From positions 7,232,001 through 7,296,000 of the forward strand of contig CBDBDQ010000005.1 of NCBI GenBank assembly GCA_965203905.1: a stretch of DNA of 64,000 nt, given 5' to 3'. The DNA comes from Spirochaetia bacterium. Its GTDB lineage: Bacteria; Spirochaetota; Spirochaetia; SZUA-6; Bin103. The position numbers and the translations under genes were made by a program. The notes beneath the pieces are model-generated. The model worked only from the letters and a program-made list of their open reading frames with translations, was not told where the DNA came from and did not search any database. Below, piece by piece: positions 8,945 through 18,873 of the stretch (positions are counted from its first letter, which is position 1; every line of letters starts with the position of its first letter).

Positions 8945-9847
8945 TCAGCGCCGCGCCTCCTCCAGCGCCAGCTTCTGCGGGTAGGTGTGGAACTCCAGCG
9001 GGCGCCGGCGCGGGGGATGTCCCATCGGCCATCCGTCGGCGCCGAGGAACTCGGCGAACTGGTGCGACTTGCCGCACAGCCAGTAGAACATCTCGGCGAT
9101 GTCGTGCCAGTCGCGCAACTGCTCCGGCACCGGCGGCCTCCTGCCCCGGTAGTGGGTGTTCTCCAGGTCGTTCAGGTCGTCGAGGTTGAAATCGGGTTCG
9201 ACGATCCAGTCGCGCTCGGGCGGCGCCATGCGCCAGTAGAGGTACTTGAGCATGTTTCTGAGCCCCGGCGCGGTGGAGGGCGGCCTGCGGTGCCAGATCG
9301 AGTACACGGTGATGAAGATCGATCCCGCGGGCGCGGCCGTGTGCACGGCCCAGTTGATGCTGCGGTAGTGGCCCATGAACTTGACCAGGTTGAACAGGAA
9401 GTGGGACCCGGGCAGCACCTCGGTCGGTCCCAGCTCCAGCGGCGTGTCCTGCGGATAGTAGAACACCTGCAGGTGGTTCAGCGCGTGGCCGTGGCGCGAG
9501 CAGCCGTCGCGATGCCAGCCCTGCGCCGGATGCGGCGACCTGGCCTGGTGGTTGAACATCCAGGTGGGCAGCACCGGGTTCTTTCCCAGCAGCGAGCGCA
9601 CCGCGCCGGCGGCCTGCGGATTGAGCAGCACCCCTTCCACGAACCACGGCTCGCGCAGCAGGCCGTCATCCTCGAACGCGCCGCCGTCGTCGTTCGCGTA
9701 GGGGTGGGCGGCGATGTACTCCGACACCCGGCGGTTGATCGAATCCGGCACCACCCCTTCCAGCATCAGGTAGCCCTGCTTGCAGAACTCCAGCACCTGG
9801 GTGTCGTTCAAGGTCGGTGCCACATCGGGCATCCTCGGTGCGCTCAT
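8945..9847 (-). CDS. PhyH-family Fe(II)/2-oxoglutarate dioxygenase
   Basis: FCKQGYL, WHRD, GPTEVLPGSH, distal His in SIWHR; start uncertain. Confidence 0.85.
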   Translation of the reverse strand: MSAPRMPDVAPTLNDTQVLEFCKQGYLMLEGVVPDSINRRVSEYIAAHPYANDDGGAFEDDGLLREPWFVEGVLLNPQAAGAVRSLLGKNPVLPTWMFNHQARSPHPAQGWHRDGCSRHGHALNHLQVFYYPQDTPLELGPTEVLPGSHFLFNLVKFMGHYRSINWAVHTAAPAGSIFITVYSIWHRRPPSTAPGLRNMLKYLYWRMAPPERDWIVEPDFNLDDLNDLENTHYRGRRPPVPEQLRDWHDIAEMFYWLCGKSHQFAEFLGADGWPMGHPPRRRPLEFHTYPQKLALEEARR

Positions 9848-9854
9848 TGCGCCG

Positions 9855-10235
9855 TTACCCCCATCTCTCAAGGATGAACTCGCAGCCCAGGCCGTAGGTG
9901 CGCGACTCATCGAGCATCAAGGCCATGTTGGGAAACTGAATCACCCGCCAGCCGTCGCGAATCGCCTCCAGCGGCGACTGGTAGGGCCAGTCCTCCACCT
10001 CGGGCGGCCCCTCCAGGATCTCGCCGTCGCGAACCAGCGCCATGCCGTGCACCGGCGACCCCAGCGACGAGCCCTGTGTCTGCAGGTACAGCAGGTCCTG
10101 CCGCTTCGCACCGCCGCGCGCCAGCTCTTCCAGCGTGTTCCTGAGCTTCTCTTCAGTCAGCTCGCCGTTTCTGAACTGCTCCAGGCAATCTCGGATGACG
10201 CCCCGGCCGGCGGCCGCTACTGGACCCGCTGCCAT
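9855..10235 (-). CDS. Hypothetical protein embedded in the catabolic operon
   Basis: Normal composition (RQDLLYL..WPYQSPLEAIRDGWRVIQFP..EFILER); fills the gap between cupin and PhyH genes; start uncertain. Confidence 0.7.
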   Translation of the reverse strand: MAAGPVAAAGRGVIRDCLEQFRNGELTEEKLRNTLEELARGGAKRQDLLYLQTQGSSLGSPVHGMALVRDGEILEGPPEVEDWPYQSPLEAIRDGWRVIQFPNMALMLDESRTYGLGCEFILERWG

Positions 10236-10615
10236 CCTTCCGCCTCCTGCTTGGTGGACCCCGACGGCGGCGGGCCGAAGGCGTAGAAGTAGCACAGCTC
10301 CTCGGCGCCGTCGTTGAACGACTGGTGGGTGACCCCCGCCGGGATGTACACCGTCATTCCCTGCGCCACCCGGAACTCCTCGCCGTCCATCACCAGCCGG
10401 CCCGAGCCGCTGACCACGTAGTAGATCTCCTCGGCGTCGGGATGGATGTCGGCCACGGTTTCGTGTCCCGGCGCCAGCCAGAACAGCCCGGCAGAGAGGT
10501 GCTCGGCCCCGCAGTGCTCCCTGCTCACCAGCAGGCTCACCTTGCGCGACAGGTTGGGGGCCTGCCAGATCGGCTGCTCGCCCTGGTCGATGACCCATTC
10601 CGGATGCTTGTTCAT
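10217..10615 (-). CDS. Cupin domain protein
   Basis: HPDAEEIYYVVSGSG..GMTVYIPAGVTH; GGAGG RBS before ATG 10615. Confidence 0.88.
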   Translation of the reverse strand: MNKHPEWVIDQGEQPIWQAPNLSRKVSLLVSREHCGAEHLSAGLFWLAPGHETVADIHPDAEEIYYVVSGSGRLVMDGEEFRVAQGMTVYIPAGVTHQSFNDGAEELCYFYAFGPPPSGSTKQEAEGWQRVQ

Positions 10616-10638
10616 GACACCTCCCAGTGTGTGCCCGG

Positions 10639-11391
10639 TCATACTAATACGAATCCTCCGTTGACGTGGAACGTGGCGCCGGTGACGTAGGTGGCACGGT
10701 CGGACACCAGGTACAGCACCGCGTCCGCCAGCTCGCGCGGCGTGCCCTGCCGGTCGAGGAACGAGATCTTGGCGAAGTCGCGCTTCACCTCCGGCCCGAA
10801 GCTGTCGGTGATCGGCGTGTCGATGCTGCCGGGCGCGATGGCGTTGGCCAGGATGCCGTCGGCGGCGAAGTTGCGCGCCACGTACTTCATCAGGGCGAGC
10901 ATCCCCGCCTTGCTGGCGCCGTAGCCGGCCTGGGCCGTGACGCTGCCGAGCACGGCGCCGGCGGAGGAGATGTAGACGATGCGGCCGAACCGCTGCGCGC
11001 GCATGTGCGGCAGCACCGCCCGCGTGCACAGGAAGGCGCCGGTGAGGTTGACCCCCAGCACCTGGTTCCAGCGCTCCAGGGTGGTCTCCTCCCACGGCGT
11101 GGTGGGACAGATGCCGGCGTTGTTCACCAGGATGTCCACCGTGCCGAAGCGCTCCACCGTGGCCGCGACCATTGCCTCCACCTGTTTCTCCAGGGCCACG
11201 TCGACAGCCACGAACAGGCCCTGCGTCCGGGTCCGCGACTGCACCAGGGAGACTGTCCGCTCGCCGCCGGCCGCGTCCAGGTCGGCCACCACCACGCCCG
11301 CGGCACCCGCTTCCGCCAGCACCTCCGCGGTGGCCCGGCCGATGCCGGACGCCGCCCCCGTCACGATCGCTACCTTGCCCGATATGTCCAC
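10639..11391 (-). CDS. SDR-family oxidoreductase (FabG-like)
   Basis: TGAASGIG, NNAG, YGASK, PGSIDT. Confidence 0.93.
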   Translation of the reverse strand: MDISGKVAIVTGAASGIGRATAEVLAEAGAAGVVVADLDAAGGERTVSLVQSRTRTQGLFVAVDVALEKQVEAMVAATVERFGTVDILVNNAGICPTTPWEETTLERWNQVLGVNLTGAFLCTRAVLPHMRAQRFGRIVYISSAGAVLGSVTAQAGYGASKAGMLALMKYVARNFAADGILANAIAPGSIDTPITDSFGPEVKRDFAKISFLDRQGTPRELADAVLYLVSDRATYVTGATFHVNGGFVLV

Positions 11392-11447
11392 CCCGTCCCC
11401 CTTGTGGCGCTCTACGACTCGACCATGTAACGGACCCCCGGACTTCA

Positions 11448-11480
11448 GGCGGGGCGCCGGCCCCGTGACCGGCGCCCCGC
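11448..11480 (-). terminator. GC-rich stem-loop after the SBP gene (terminator or mRNA stabiliser)
   Basis: GCGGGGCGCCGG ... CCGGCGCCCCGC perfect 12-bp stem; no U-tract. Confidence 0.55.
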
Positions 11481-11489
11481 TCTAGTGAC

Positions 11490-13463
11490 CTACGAATCGA
11501 AGAACCACTGCTCCGCGCTGAAGGTGATGGCGGCGCCCGAGCCGCCGTGCGGGATGTTCGCCAGCCGGGTGGACGCCAGCATCGGCCAGGTCTCGTCCTC
11601 CACCACGTTGATGAACCACAGGTTGTCCTTTATCAGCCCGAACATCTCGTCGACGATCGCCGTGTCTTCCGGCGTGCCGGGCTTCACCAGCATCATCTCC
11701 TCGCGCAGCTTGTAGAGCCGCTGCACGCCGGCGGGCGGTTCCTCGCCCTCGGCGCCGCCGGTGGTGTACCACTTCTGCCAGGCGTTGCCCCAGCCGCGGC
11801 TGCCGGGCAGCAGGTCGTCGAACACCGGGATCGACCACATCACCCCGTGGTTGCGGTTCACCGTGGCCTTGATCTCGCTGGCGCTCTTCCGCTGTCCCCA
11901 GAGGCCGCCGTCGATCGTCTTGGTGGTGGCCTGCAGCCCCACCTCGCGCAGGTGCTCGACGATCAGCTCCGCCACCAGCGGCTCGTCGCCCAGGTAGGAG
12001 GAACTCTCGAACGGAATCTGGAACACGTTGCCGTCGGGTCCCAGGCGCCAGCCGTCGGCGTCGCGCTGGTCCAGGCCCACGGCGTCCAGCAGCTCATTGG
12101 CCCGCTCCTGGTCGTACTCGGCCGGCGCAAACACCTTCGGCTTGCCGACCAGCCCGATATACACCGAGTCGATGATCTCGTCGCGGTTGATTGCCAGGTT
12201 CAGCGCCTGCCGGAAGCGGAGCTCGCTCACCAGTTGACGCCACACCGGATCGGCATGGGTGTGGTTGAGCCACACCGTCGCATAGTGGAAGTGCACCGGC
12301 GTGAGCAGGGTGCGGTAGCCGCCCTTGCTCTCGTTCTCCTTGTACAGCGGCACGTCCTTGAGCACCGAACCGTCCAGGAAGAAGTCGAGGTCGCCCGCCA
12401 TCATGCGAATCGCGTTGTTCTGGGCGTTGGAGACGAACACCATCTGGTGCTTGTCGATGTAGGGAAGCTGCTGGCCCTCGGTGTCCACCTTGAAGTAGTA
12501 GGGGTTGCGTTCCAGCATCGACACCGTCTCCTGCACGTCGGTGACGATCCAGGGGTTGAGCACCGGGAAGCCGACCCGCTCCGGCGGGAACTGCTCCCAG
12601 CGGATGATGTCCTTGGCGTGGAACAGGTTCCACCACTCGCCCGCGGCCAGCGACCGCTCCTGGATCATGTCCTCCAGGTCGGCCAGCGGGGTGTAGTCGG
12701 CGTGGAACTGCGTCAGGTAGTGCTTGGGCTTGATCAGCTCCTCGTAGCCGCGCCAGCCGTCGATGGCAAGCTGCACCAGGAAGCGCCCGTAGGGCTGGGT
12801 GAAGCTGATCCTGAAGGTGTGGTCGTCGATCACTTCGAATGTCATCGGCTGGCCGTCGGCGGCGCCGCTGTCGCGCAGCCAGCGCGGAAAGCTGGGCGTC
12901 AGCTTCTCGTTGAGCAGCACGTCCTCGTAGGCGAACAGCACGTCATCCATCGTCACCGGCACGCCGTCGGACCACTTCAGCCCCTTGCGCAGACGCAGCG
13001 TGAAGACCCGGTCGCCATCGCTCACCTCGAAGCTCTCCAGCACGTTGCCCGTCATGTTGCCCAGCTCTTCGTGAATGATGTTTCCCGACGAGGTGAGCAG
13101 CGACTCGTTCTGGTTGTGGAACAGGATGCCGTCCCAGAACGGCGAGAAGTGGCCGTGCCTGAGCGTGCCGCCGTACTTCCCGACCTGCCAGTCCAGGTTG
13201 TAGGTGGGTATCAGGGTCCCCGGTCCCACCACCAGCGGCTCGTCGGGCAGCCGCTCGTCCACCGGCGGCAACTCACCGCTCGCCACCAGGGCATCGAGCA
13301 TCGGCGACTGGCGGTACATCCCCATCGCCATCGCCTCGGTGTCACTTGCGGCCTCCGCACCCGCACCCTCGTCGGCGGCTCCGGCGAACAGCGCCGCGGG
13401 AACCAGCAACGCTGCCAGCAACGCCACGACTACCAATTGCGAACGTCTTGCGTCCTTCAACAC
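11490..13463 (-). CDS. ABC transporter substrate-binding protein, family 5
   Basis: QSPML..GELPPVDERLP, GKYGG, KGLKWSDG, ERNPYYFKVD; GTG start behind GGGAGG. Confidence 0.92.
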   Translation of the reverse strand: MLKDARRSQLVVVALLAALLVPAALFAGAADEGAGAEAASDTEAMAMGMYRQSPMLDALVASGELPPVDERLPDEPLVVGPGTLIPTYNLDWQVGKYGGTLRHGHFSPFWDGILFHNQNESLLTSSGNIIHEELGNMTGNVLESFEVSDGDRVFTLRLRKGLKWSDGVPVTMDDVLFAYEDVLLNEKLTPSFPRWLRDSGAADGQPMTFEVIDDHTFRISFTQPYGRFLVQLAIDGWRGYEELIKPKHYLTQFHADYTPLADLEDMIQERSLAAGEWWNLFHAKDIIRWEQFPPERVGFPVLNPWIVTDVQETVSMLERNPYYFKVDTEGQQLPYIDKHQMVFVSNAQNNAIRMMAGDLDFFLDGSVLKDVPLYKENESKGGYRTLLTPVHFHYATVWLNHTHADPVWRQLVSELRFRQALNLAINRDEIIDSVYIGLVGKPKVFAPAEYDQERANELLDAVGLDQRDADGWRLGPDGNVFQIPFESSSYLGDEPLVAELIVEHLREVGLQATTKTIDGGLWGQRKSASEIKATVNRNHGVMWSIPVFDDLLPGSRGWGNAWQKWYTTGGAEGEEPPAGVQRLYKLREEMMLVKPGTPEDTAIVDEMFGLIKDNLWFINVVEDETWPMLASTRLANIPHGGSGAAITFSAEQWFFDS

Positions 13464-13517
13464 TTGTGTAACCTCCCATCGAGACCGTCCAATCACGGTC
13501 ACGGTCCGTATCGAAAC

Positions 13518-14648
13518 CTACTGAGAGTAGGGGTCGGCCGCGTCGCGCAGCCCGTCCCCCAGAAAGTTGAACATCAACACGGTGATTATCACGAACAGCA
13601 CCGGTATCAGCAACCAGGCGCTGTGCGCTATCGCCTGCACGTCCTGCGCATCCTGCAGCAACACGCCCCAGCTTACGGCCGGCGGCAGCATGCCGATGCC
13701 GATGAAGCTGAGCGCCGTCTCGCCGAGGATCATGTTCGGTATCGCAAGGGTCAGCGAGACGATGATGTAGCTCAGGAACGACGGCACCAGGTGCTTGGCG
13801 ATGATCACACCCTCGCCGGTGCCCGCGAGTTTCGCCGCCGTGACGAAGTCCTCGCCGCGCACTGAAAGAAACTTGCCCCGCACCACGCGCGCCAGGCTGG
13901 TCCAGCCGATGATCGACAGGATCATCGTGATCGCGAAGTAGGTCTTCGGTATCGACCAGTTCTGCGGCAGCGCGGCGGCCAGCACCATCCACAAGGGAAT
14001 CGTCGGGATCGAGATCAGCACGTCGATGATGCGTTGCACGACGTTGTCGACCAGGCCGCCGAAGTAGCCGGAGATACCACCCAGCAGCACGCCCAGGAAC
14101 AGGCTCAGCGCCACGCCCACCAGGCCGATGGTGAGCGAGATGCGGGCGCCATACACGACCCGTGAGAACAGGTCCCTTCCCAGGTGGTCGGTGCCGAACA
14201 GGAACACCTGGCCGCCGGGTGCCCCGAACAGGTGCAGATCGCCGCGAATCAGGCCCCAGAACTTGTACTCCGAGCCGCGTACGAAGAGTCGGATCGGGTA
14301 ACGCTCCGTGTGCTCCTCGACGAAGTGGCGGCGGAACGTCTCCGGGTCCCGCTCGCGCCGGTAGCCGTACACGAAGGGCCGCTGCAACCCGCCTTCCGGA
14401 GCGACGAAATGAATGCTGTGGGGCGGCGCCTGCAGCAGCTCCGCGAACCGCTCGCGCGCGGTGTAGGGTGCGATGAACTCCGAGAAAATCGCCAGCAGGT
14501 AGAGCACGCCGAGCACCGGCGCGGCGATCACCGCGAGCTTGTGCCGGCGGAAGCTCCACCAGATCAACTGCCACTGCGAGGCGGAGAAACGGCGGTCGGT
14601 GTCGGCCGGGCTCTCCGTCGCGGCAGGCGCGGCGGCGCGTTGCGTCAC
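13518..14648 (-). CDS. ABC transporter permease (OppC/DppC-like)
   Basis: [44 protein letters not shown]; GTG start overlaps the oppB stop. Confidence 0.93.
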   Translation of the reverse strand: MTQRAAAPAATESPADTDRRFSASQWQLIWWSFRRHKLAVIAAPVLGVLYLLAIFSEFIAPYTARERFAELLQAPPHSIHFVAPEGGLQRPFVYGYRRERDPETFRRHFVEEHTERYPIRLFVRGSEYKFWGLIRGDLHLFGAPGGQVFLFGTDHLGRDLFSRVVYGARISLTIGLVGVALSLFLGVLLGGISGYFGGLVDNVVQRIIDVLISIPTIPLWMVLAAALPQNWSIPKTYFAITMILSIIGWTSLARVVRGKFLSVRGEDFVTAAKLAGTGEGVIIAKHLVPSFLSYIIVSLTLAIPNMILGETALSFIGIGMLPPAVSWGVLLQDAQDVQAIAHSAWLLIPVLFVIITVLMFNFLGDGLRDAADPYSQ

Positions 14649-15646
14649 GTCTCGGACACCTGTTCGAAGCGGATGCGGGGATCGATCCAGGCCAGCATAA
14701 CGTCCGATATCAGGGTGCCGGTCACCACCAGCGTGCTGAGGATGATCACGAAGCTCCCGGCCAGGTACATGTCCTGGAACAGCAAGGCGCGCAGCAGCAC
14801 CGGTCCGACGGTGGGAATGTCCAGCACCAGCGAGATCAGCAGCTCGCCCGAGAACAGGAACGGCAGCAGCCAGCCGATGGTGCTGATGAGCGGGTTGACC
14901 GCCAGCCGCACCGGGTACTTGAACAGCAGGCGGCTTTCCTTGAGTCCCTTGGCACGGGCGGTGATCACGTACTGCTTGCTCAGCTCGTCGAGCAGCGTGC
15001 CGCGCATGATGCGGATCAGCGCCCCGGTGCCCGAGATCCCCAGCAGGATCATCGGCACCCACAGGTGGGCGAGCAGATCGAAGAACTTGCCCCAGCTCCA
15101 GGGCGCTCCCAGGTATTCGGAGGAGTGCAGCCCCGACACGTTGATCCCGAACTGCGAGAACAGGGTCCACACCACCAGCAGCGCCAGCAGGAATCCGGGC
15201 GTGGCGATGCCGATGAAACCGAGGAAGGTGAAGAAGTAGTCCGCGATCGAGTACTGGTGGGTGGCCGAGTAGATGCCGATCGGAATCGCCACCACCCAGA
15301 TGAACAGCACCGACAGCATGGTGATCACCACGGTGAACCAGACGCGCTGGCCGATCACCTCGCTCACCGGCCGGTTCCAGTTGAACGACCAGCCCAGGTC
15401 GCCGCGCAGGATGATGTTGCTGATCCACAACAGGTACTGGGAGTGCAGCGGCCGGTCCAGCCCGTACTGCTGGGTGAGGCGCGCGATCTCGTCGTCCGCC
15501 AGCTCGGTGCCGGAGGCGCGCAGGGTCTCGATCAGCGTAGTGAGGAAGTCGCCGGGGGGAAGCTGAATGAGAAGGAACGAAATGAGGGAGATGAACAGCA
15601 GCAGGGGTATGAGAATGGCGATACGGTTGGCTATGTAGCGCAGCAT
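14645..15646 (-). CDS. ABC transporter permease (OppB/DppB-like)
   Basis: IQLPPGD, GDLGWS, DELSKQYVITARAKGL, DPRIR. Confidence 0.93.
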   Translation of the reverse strand: MLRYIANRIAILIPLLLFISLISFLLIQLPPGDFLTTLIETLRASGTELADDEIARLTQQYGLDRPLHSQYLLWISNIILRGDLGWSFNWNRPVSEVIGQRVWFTVVITMLSVLFIWVVAIPIGIYSATHQYSIADYFFTFLGFIGIATPGFLLALLVVWTLFSQFGINVSGLHSSEYLGAPWSWGKFFDLLAHLWVPMILLGISGTGALIRIMRGTLLDELSKQYVITARAKGLKESRLLFKYPVRLAVNPLISTIGWLLPFLFSGELLISLVLDIPTVGPVLLRALLFQDMYLAGSFVIILSTLVVTGTLISDVMLAWIDPRIRFEQVSET

Positions 15647-15673
15647 CTACGGTCCGAGCACCAGCATCGGAAA

Positions 15674-15702
15674 ACAGTATGCCACTCCCCGCGGGCGGTC
15701 AA
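15674..15702 (-). promoter_or_regulatory. Putative sigma70 promoter of the 15646-7564 operon
   Basis: Minus strand TTGACC-17 nt-TACTGT. Confidence 0.45.
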
Positions 15703-15755
15703 CGTCGAGCCAACGACGGGTCGACAGGGACTTTGCCACGCATCGGGGAGCTATT

Positions 15756-16556
15756 TCATCGAGCTGCAGCGTGGCTCTCGCGGCGCTCGCGGCGCAGGAA
15801 CGGATCGTCATCCGGCCCGGTCCCGGCCGCCGCTCCCAGCGTGGTCCCAACCCGCTTCAGTACGACCGCGGTCGCCTCCGACAGCACCGGCTCGTTCAGC
15901 GCCCGGTGGATCTCGGCCGCCGTCCAGCCCGGAAACGCCCGGCTCACCGCCGCGCTGCGAAAGCGCCCGCCTTCCCGCAGGTGAATCGTCAGGCCGGGCC
16001 GGAGCGCCGCCGGACGGCTCGGCGCAGGCTGCTCCGGCACCTCGACCCACACCTCCGGAAAGCCCCACGACTCGTACAGCCGCAGCTTGCCGCGGCGCAC
16101 GTCGGTGGTGTTGTCCACCTCCAGCACCACCTCCGGCAACGCATCGGTGCCCACCTCGATCGCGTTGCCTGCCGGGATCGCCTGCGCCGGGAGCAGAAAC
16201 AGGATCTGGTCCGCCTGCACGATGCGCTGCCGCTCGCCACGGGCGTTGCGCACCACCAGGTCGGTGTGCCCGACCGCCTCGATCGGCGCCCCACGCGCCG
16301 CCGCGATCCGGTCGGCCAAGCGGGCCAGGCGCGAAGCCGGGAGCTCGTGGTAGTAGCTGACCGGCGGGTCGCAGATCATGGCTGTTTCGGTGTCGCCGTC
16401 CCAATACTCGAAGCGGACTTCGCCGTCGTGGACCTCGTCGATCGTATCCATCTCTTCGCGCGAGATGCGGACCGGGTGGCAGCCCGGAAACTCCAGCGCT
16501 TCCGGCCCACGGCGCTCCCCCGGCGGTGACAGAACGGTGACGATCGGGTCGGCCAT
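15756..16556 (-). CDS. Uma2-family (restriction endonuclease-like) protein
   Basis: RFEYWDG, QADQ, PEVVLEVDNTTDVRRGKLRLYESWGFPEVW. Confidence 0.8.
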   Translation of the reverse strand: MADPIVTVLSPPGERRGPEALEFPGCHPVRISREEMDTIDEVHDGEVRFEYWDGDTETAMICDPPVSYYHELPASRLARLADRIAAARGAPIEAVGHTDLVVRNARGERQRIVQADQILFLLPAQAIPAGNAIEVGTDALPEVVLEVDNTTDVRRGKLRLYESWGFPEVWVEVPEQPAPSRPAALRPGLTIHLREGGRFRSAAVSRAFPGWTAAEIHRALNEPVLSEATAVVLKRVGTTLGAAAGTGPDDDPFLRRERRESHAAAR

Positions 16557-16683
16557 CGAATCTATCCTTGCACGCGAGGCGTGCTCAGGACAATCAGGAG
16601 GAATGGTGGGAATGGGCGCAGGATGCGCTCGGCGACGCGATCCGCTACGGTAAGGCATCGCAAGCGAACGGAGGAGCAGCATC

Positions 16684-17754
16684 GTGGGAGCTTCGATGAT
16701 CGACGTGCAGGCGCTGGAGGCGTTCTGCATCGCCGCCATGACGCAGGCCGGCATCGGCCGCGAGGACGCCGAGCTGTCGGCGCGGGTGTTCGTGACCACC
16801 GACACCTGGGGCACGTTCACCCACGGCACGCGGCAGATCCGGGGGCTGATGAAGAATGCGCGCCGCGGCCGGCTGGCCGCCGCCGCCCGCGAGGAGACCG
16901 CCGGCGAGGGGGCGTCGTGGGCGATCATCGACGCCCGCCACGGCATGCCGCCGGCCATTTCCTGCCGCGGCGCCCTGCTGGCGGTGGAGAAGGCGCGCCG
17001 CACCGGCATGGCCTACGTCGGCATCCGCGGCAGCAGCCACTTCGGCGCCGCCGGCTACTACGCCAACCTGATCGCCGAGCAGGGCATGTTCGGGCTGGCG
17101 ATGTGCAACGTGGAGCCGTGCATGACGGTGCCGGGTGCGCGCAGCCGCATCCTGGGCACCAACCCGATCGCCTGGGCCGCGCCCACCGGCACCGGCCGCA
17201 GCATCATGCTCGACATCGCCACCAGCGCCGTCGCCGCCACCAAGATATTCGCCGCCAAGACCGAGGGCCGCAGCATCCCCGACACCTGGCTGGTGGACGA
17301 CGCCGGAGTTCCCACCACCGACCCCACCATCTACCCCGAGCAAGGCGCGCAGCTTCCTATGGCCGGCCACAAGGGCTACGGCCTGGCGGTGCTGGTCGAG
17401 ATCCTCACCGCGGTGCTGACCGGTTCCGCGATGATGGGCGAGGTGCACAGTTGGGTCGCGGACGATCCGGTGCCCCCCGACCAGGGACACGCCTTCCTGG
17501 CCCTGGACGTCGGCGCCATGATGCCGGCGGAGCGCTTTCACCAGCGCATGGCAGTCATGTGCGAGGCGATCAAGGGTGCGGACGCAGCCGCGGGCGGGAC
17601 CATCTACCTGCCCGGCGAGATGGAGTGGGAACGCCGCGAACAGGCACTGGCGGACGGCATCCCGCTGCCCCAGGACGTGCTGATCAGCCTGCGCGGACTG
17701 GCCGCCGACAGTGGCATCGATCCCGCCGCCTACGGTCTCGACCTCGGCGCATGA
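16684..17754 (+). CDS. Ldh_2-family (malate/L-lactate/ureidoglycolate-type) oxidoreductase
   Basis: GTFTHG, SSHFGAAGYY, GTNPIAWAAP, LDIATS, GHKGYGL, YLPGE. Confidence 0.92.
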   Translation: MGASMIDVQALEAFCIAAMTQAGIGREDAELSARVFVTTDTWGTFTHGTRQIRGLMKNARRGRLAAAAREETAGEGASWAIIDARHGMPPAISCRGALLAVEKARRTGMAYVGIRGSSHFGAAGYYANLIAEQGMFGLAMCNVEPCMTVPGARSRILGTNPIAWAAPTGTGRSIMLDIATSAVAATKIFAAKTEGRSIPDTWLVDDAGVPTTDPTIYPEQGAQLPMAGHKGYGLAVLVEILTAVLTGSAMMGEVHSWVADDPVPPDQGHAFLALDVGAMMPAERFHQRMAVMCEAIKGADAAAGGTIYLPGEMEWERREQALADGIPLPQDVLISLRGLAADSGIDPAAYGLDLGA

Positions 17755-18581
17755 GCGGCACCATGGTGCTCGGCTACGACGTCGAGACCGCGTCGGATAA
17801 CACGGTCGGGTTTCTCGAGGGCGCCACGGAGCTGCATGAGAAGTTCGGCGTGCCCTGGACGATCTATCTCACGGGACAGACGGTCGAGAAGTGCACGCAT
17901 GCGATACGCCGGTGCATGCAGAGTCCGCTGCTCACGGTGGCCCAGCACACCTACAGCCACGTGCTGCTCAAGAGCGTGTACATGACGCCGGGGGACGGCA
18001 AACCGGTACACGGCGCGGTGCCCAACTTTTTCCAGGAGGGCGGCTCTCTCGATCAGATTCGCGACGAGATCGCGAAGGCGCAGGGCGTGATCAAGGAGCT
18101 GCTGCAGGTGGACTGTCACGGGCTGACCGGTCCGTGGGGCTATTGCCGCGGGCTGGTGGATCGGCCGGACCTGCTGCAGATCCTGCGCGACAACGGGATC
18201 CGGTGGATCCGCACCAACGCCCGCGATCACCGCGACTGCCAGCCCACCCCTTTTTCCGAGCAGCCATTCTTCTACGCCGACCAGGGCTTCCCCGAAATCC
18301 TGGAGCTGGGGATCCAGGGCTACCAGGACCACTTCTACTGGGAGCGGTTCGACGACCGCACGCACGGCGAATCCTACCAGGATTATCTGTTCGCCATGGT
18401 CGACGAGACGGCCAGGAACGGCTGGCTCTGGAACCTGTGCAGCCACGATCACGGCACTCCGACCAGGCGCGAGTTCGAGGAAAAATGCGGGTGGCTCGGC
18501 GACCTGATCGCCCGCGCCAAGGAGACGGGCCTGCGCTTTGCCTCGCCCCCGGAGATATATGAAGAACTAAAGGCAAACTGA
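17751..18581 (+). CDS. Polysaccharide deacetylase (NodB-like) family protein
   Basis: GYDVE, QHTYSH motifs; ATGA overlap with the upstream gene. Confidence 0.8.
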   Translation: MSGTMVLGYDVETASDNTVGFLEGATELHEKFGVPWTIYLTGQTVEKCTHAIRRCMQSPLLTVAQHTYSHVLLKSVYMTPGDGKPVHGAVPNFFQEGGSLDQIRDEIAKAQGVIKELLQVDCHGLTGPWGYCRGLVDRPDLLQILRDNGIRWIRTNARDHRDCQPTPFSEQPFFYADQGFPEILELGIQGYQDHFYWERFDDRTHGESYQDYLFAMVDETARNGWLWNLCSHDHGTPTRREFEEKCGWLGDLIARAKETGLRFASPPEIYEELKAN

Positions 18582-18662
18582 TTAGGACTCCACTTGAAGC
18601 GAAATTCGGGTGGTCTCGTACCGTATCGGCGACATCCTATACTTGAGCCACATAATCGGACC

Positions 18663-18873
18663 ACGCCGGGATTCCCTACCACCGCCTCTACGACCTACCC
18701 CGAGCGCGGCGCGCAGTTGCCGATGGCCGGCCAGAGCGATACGGCAGCCTCGGCAGCCCCCATCCGGGAGCGCGCTTGCCTGGCCGTAGACGTCAGCGGC
18801 GTGGTAGCCCACAGGGGGCTACCACGCCGACCTGCCACGATGCGCGCCGCGACGAAGGAATGGACACAGCCGC
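18663..18873 (+). pseudogene. Degenerate partial copy of the Ldh_2 gene
   Basis: PTTASTTYPERGAQLPMAG vs PTTDPTIYPEQGAQLPMAG; ACLAVDV vs AFLALDV; aligns to about 17300-17592 with an internal gap. Confidence 0.8.

Noticed and set aside
18590-18660. Possible IS200/605 TnpA relic (LVPYRRHPILE)
   Set aside because: Too short and weak; no HUH motif or terminal hairpin
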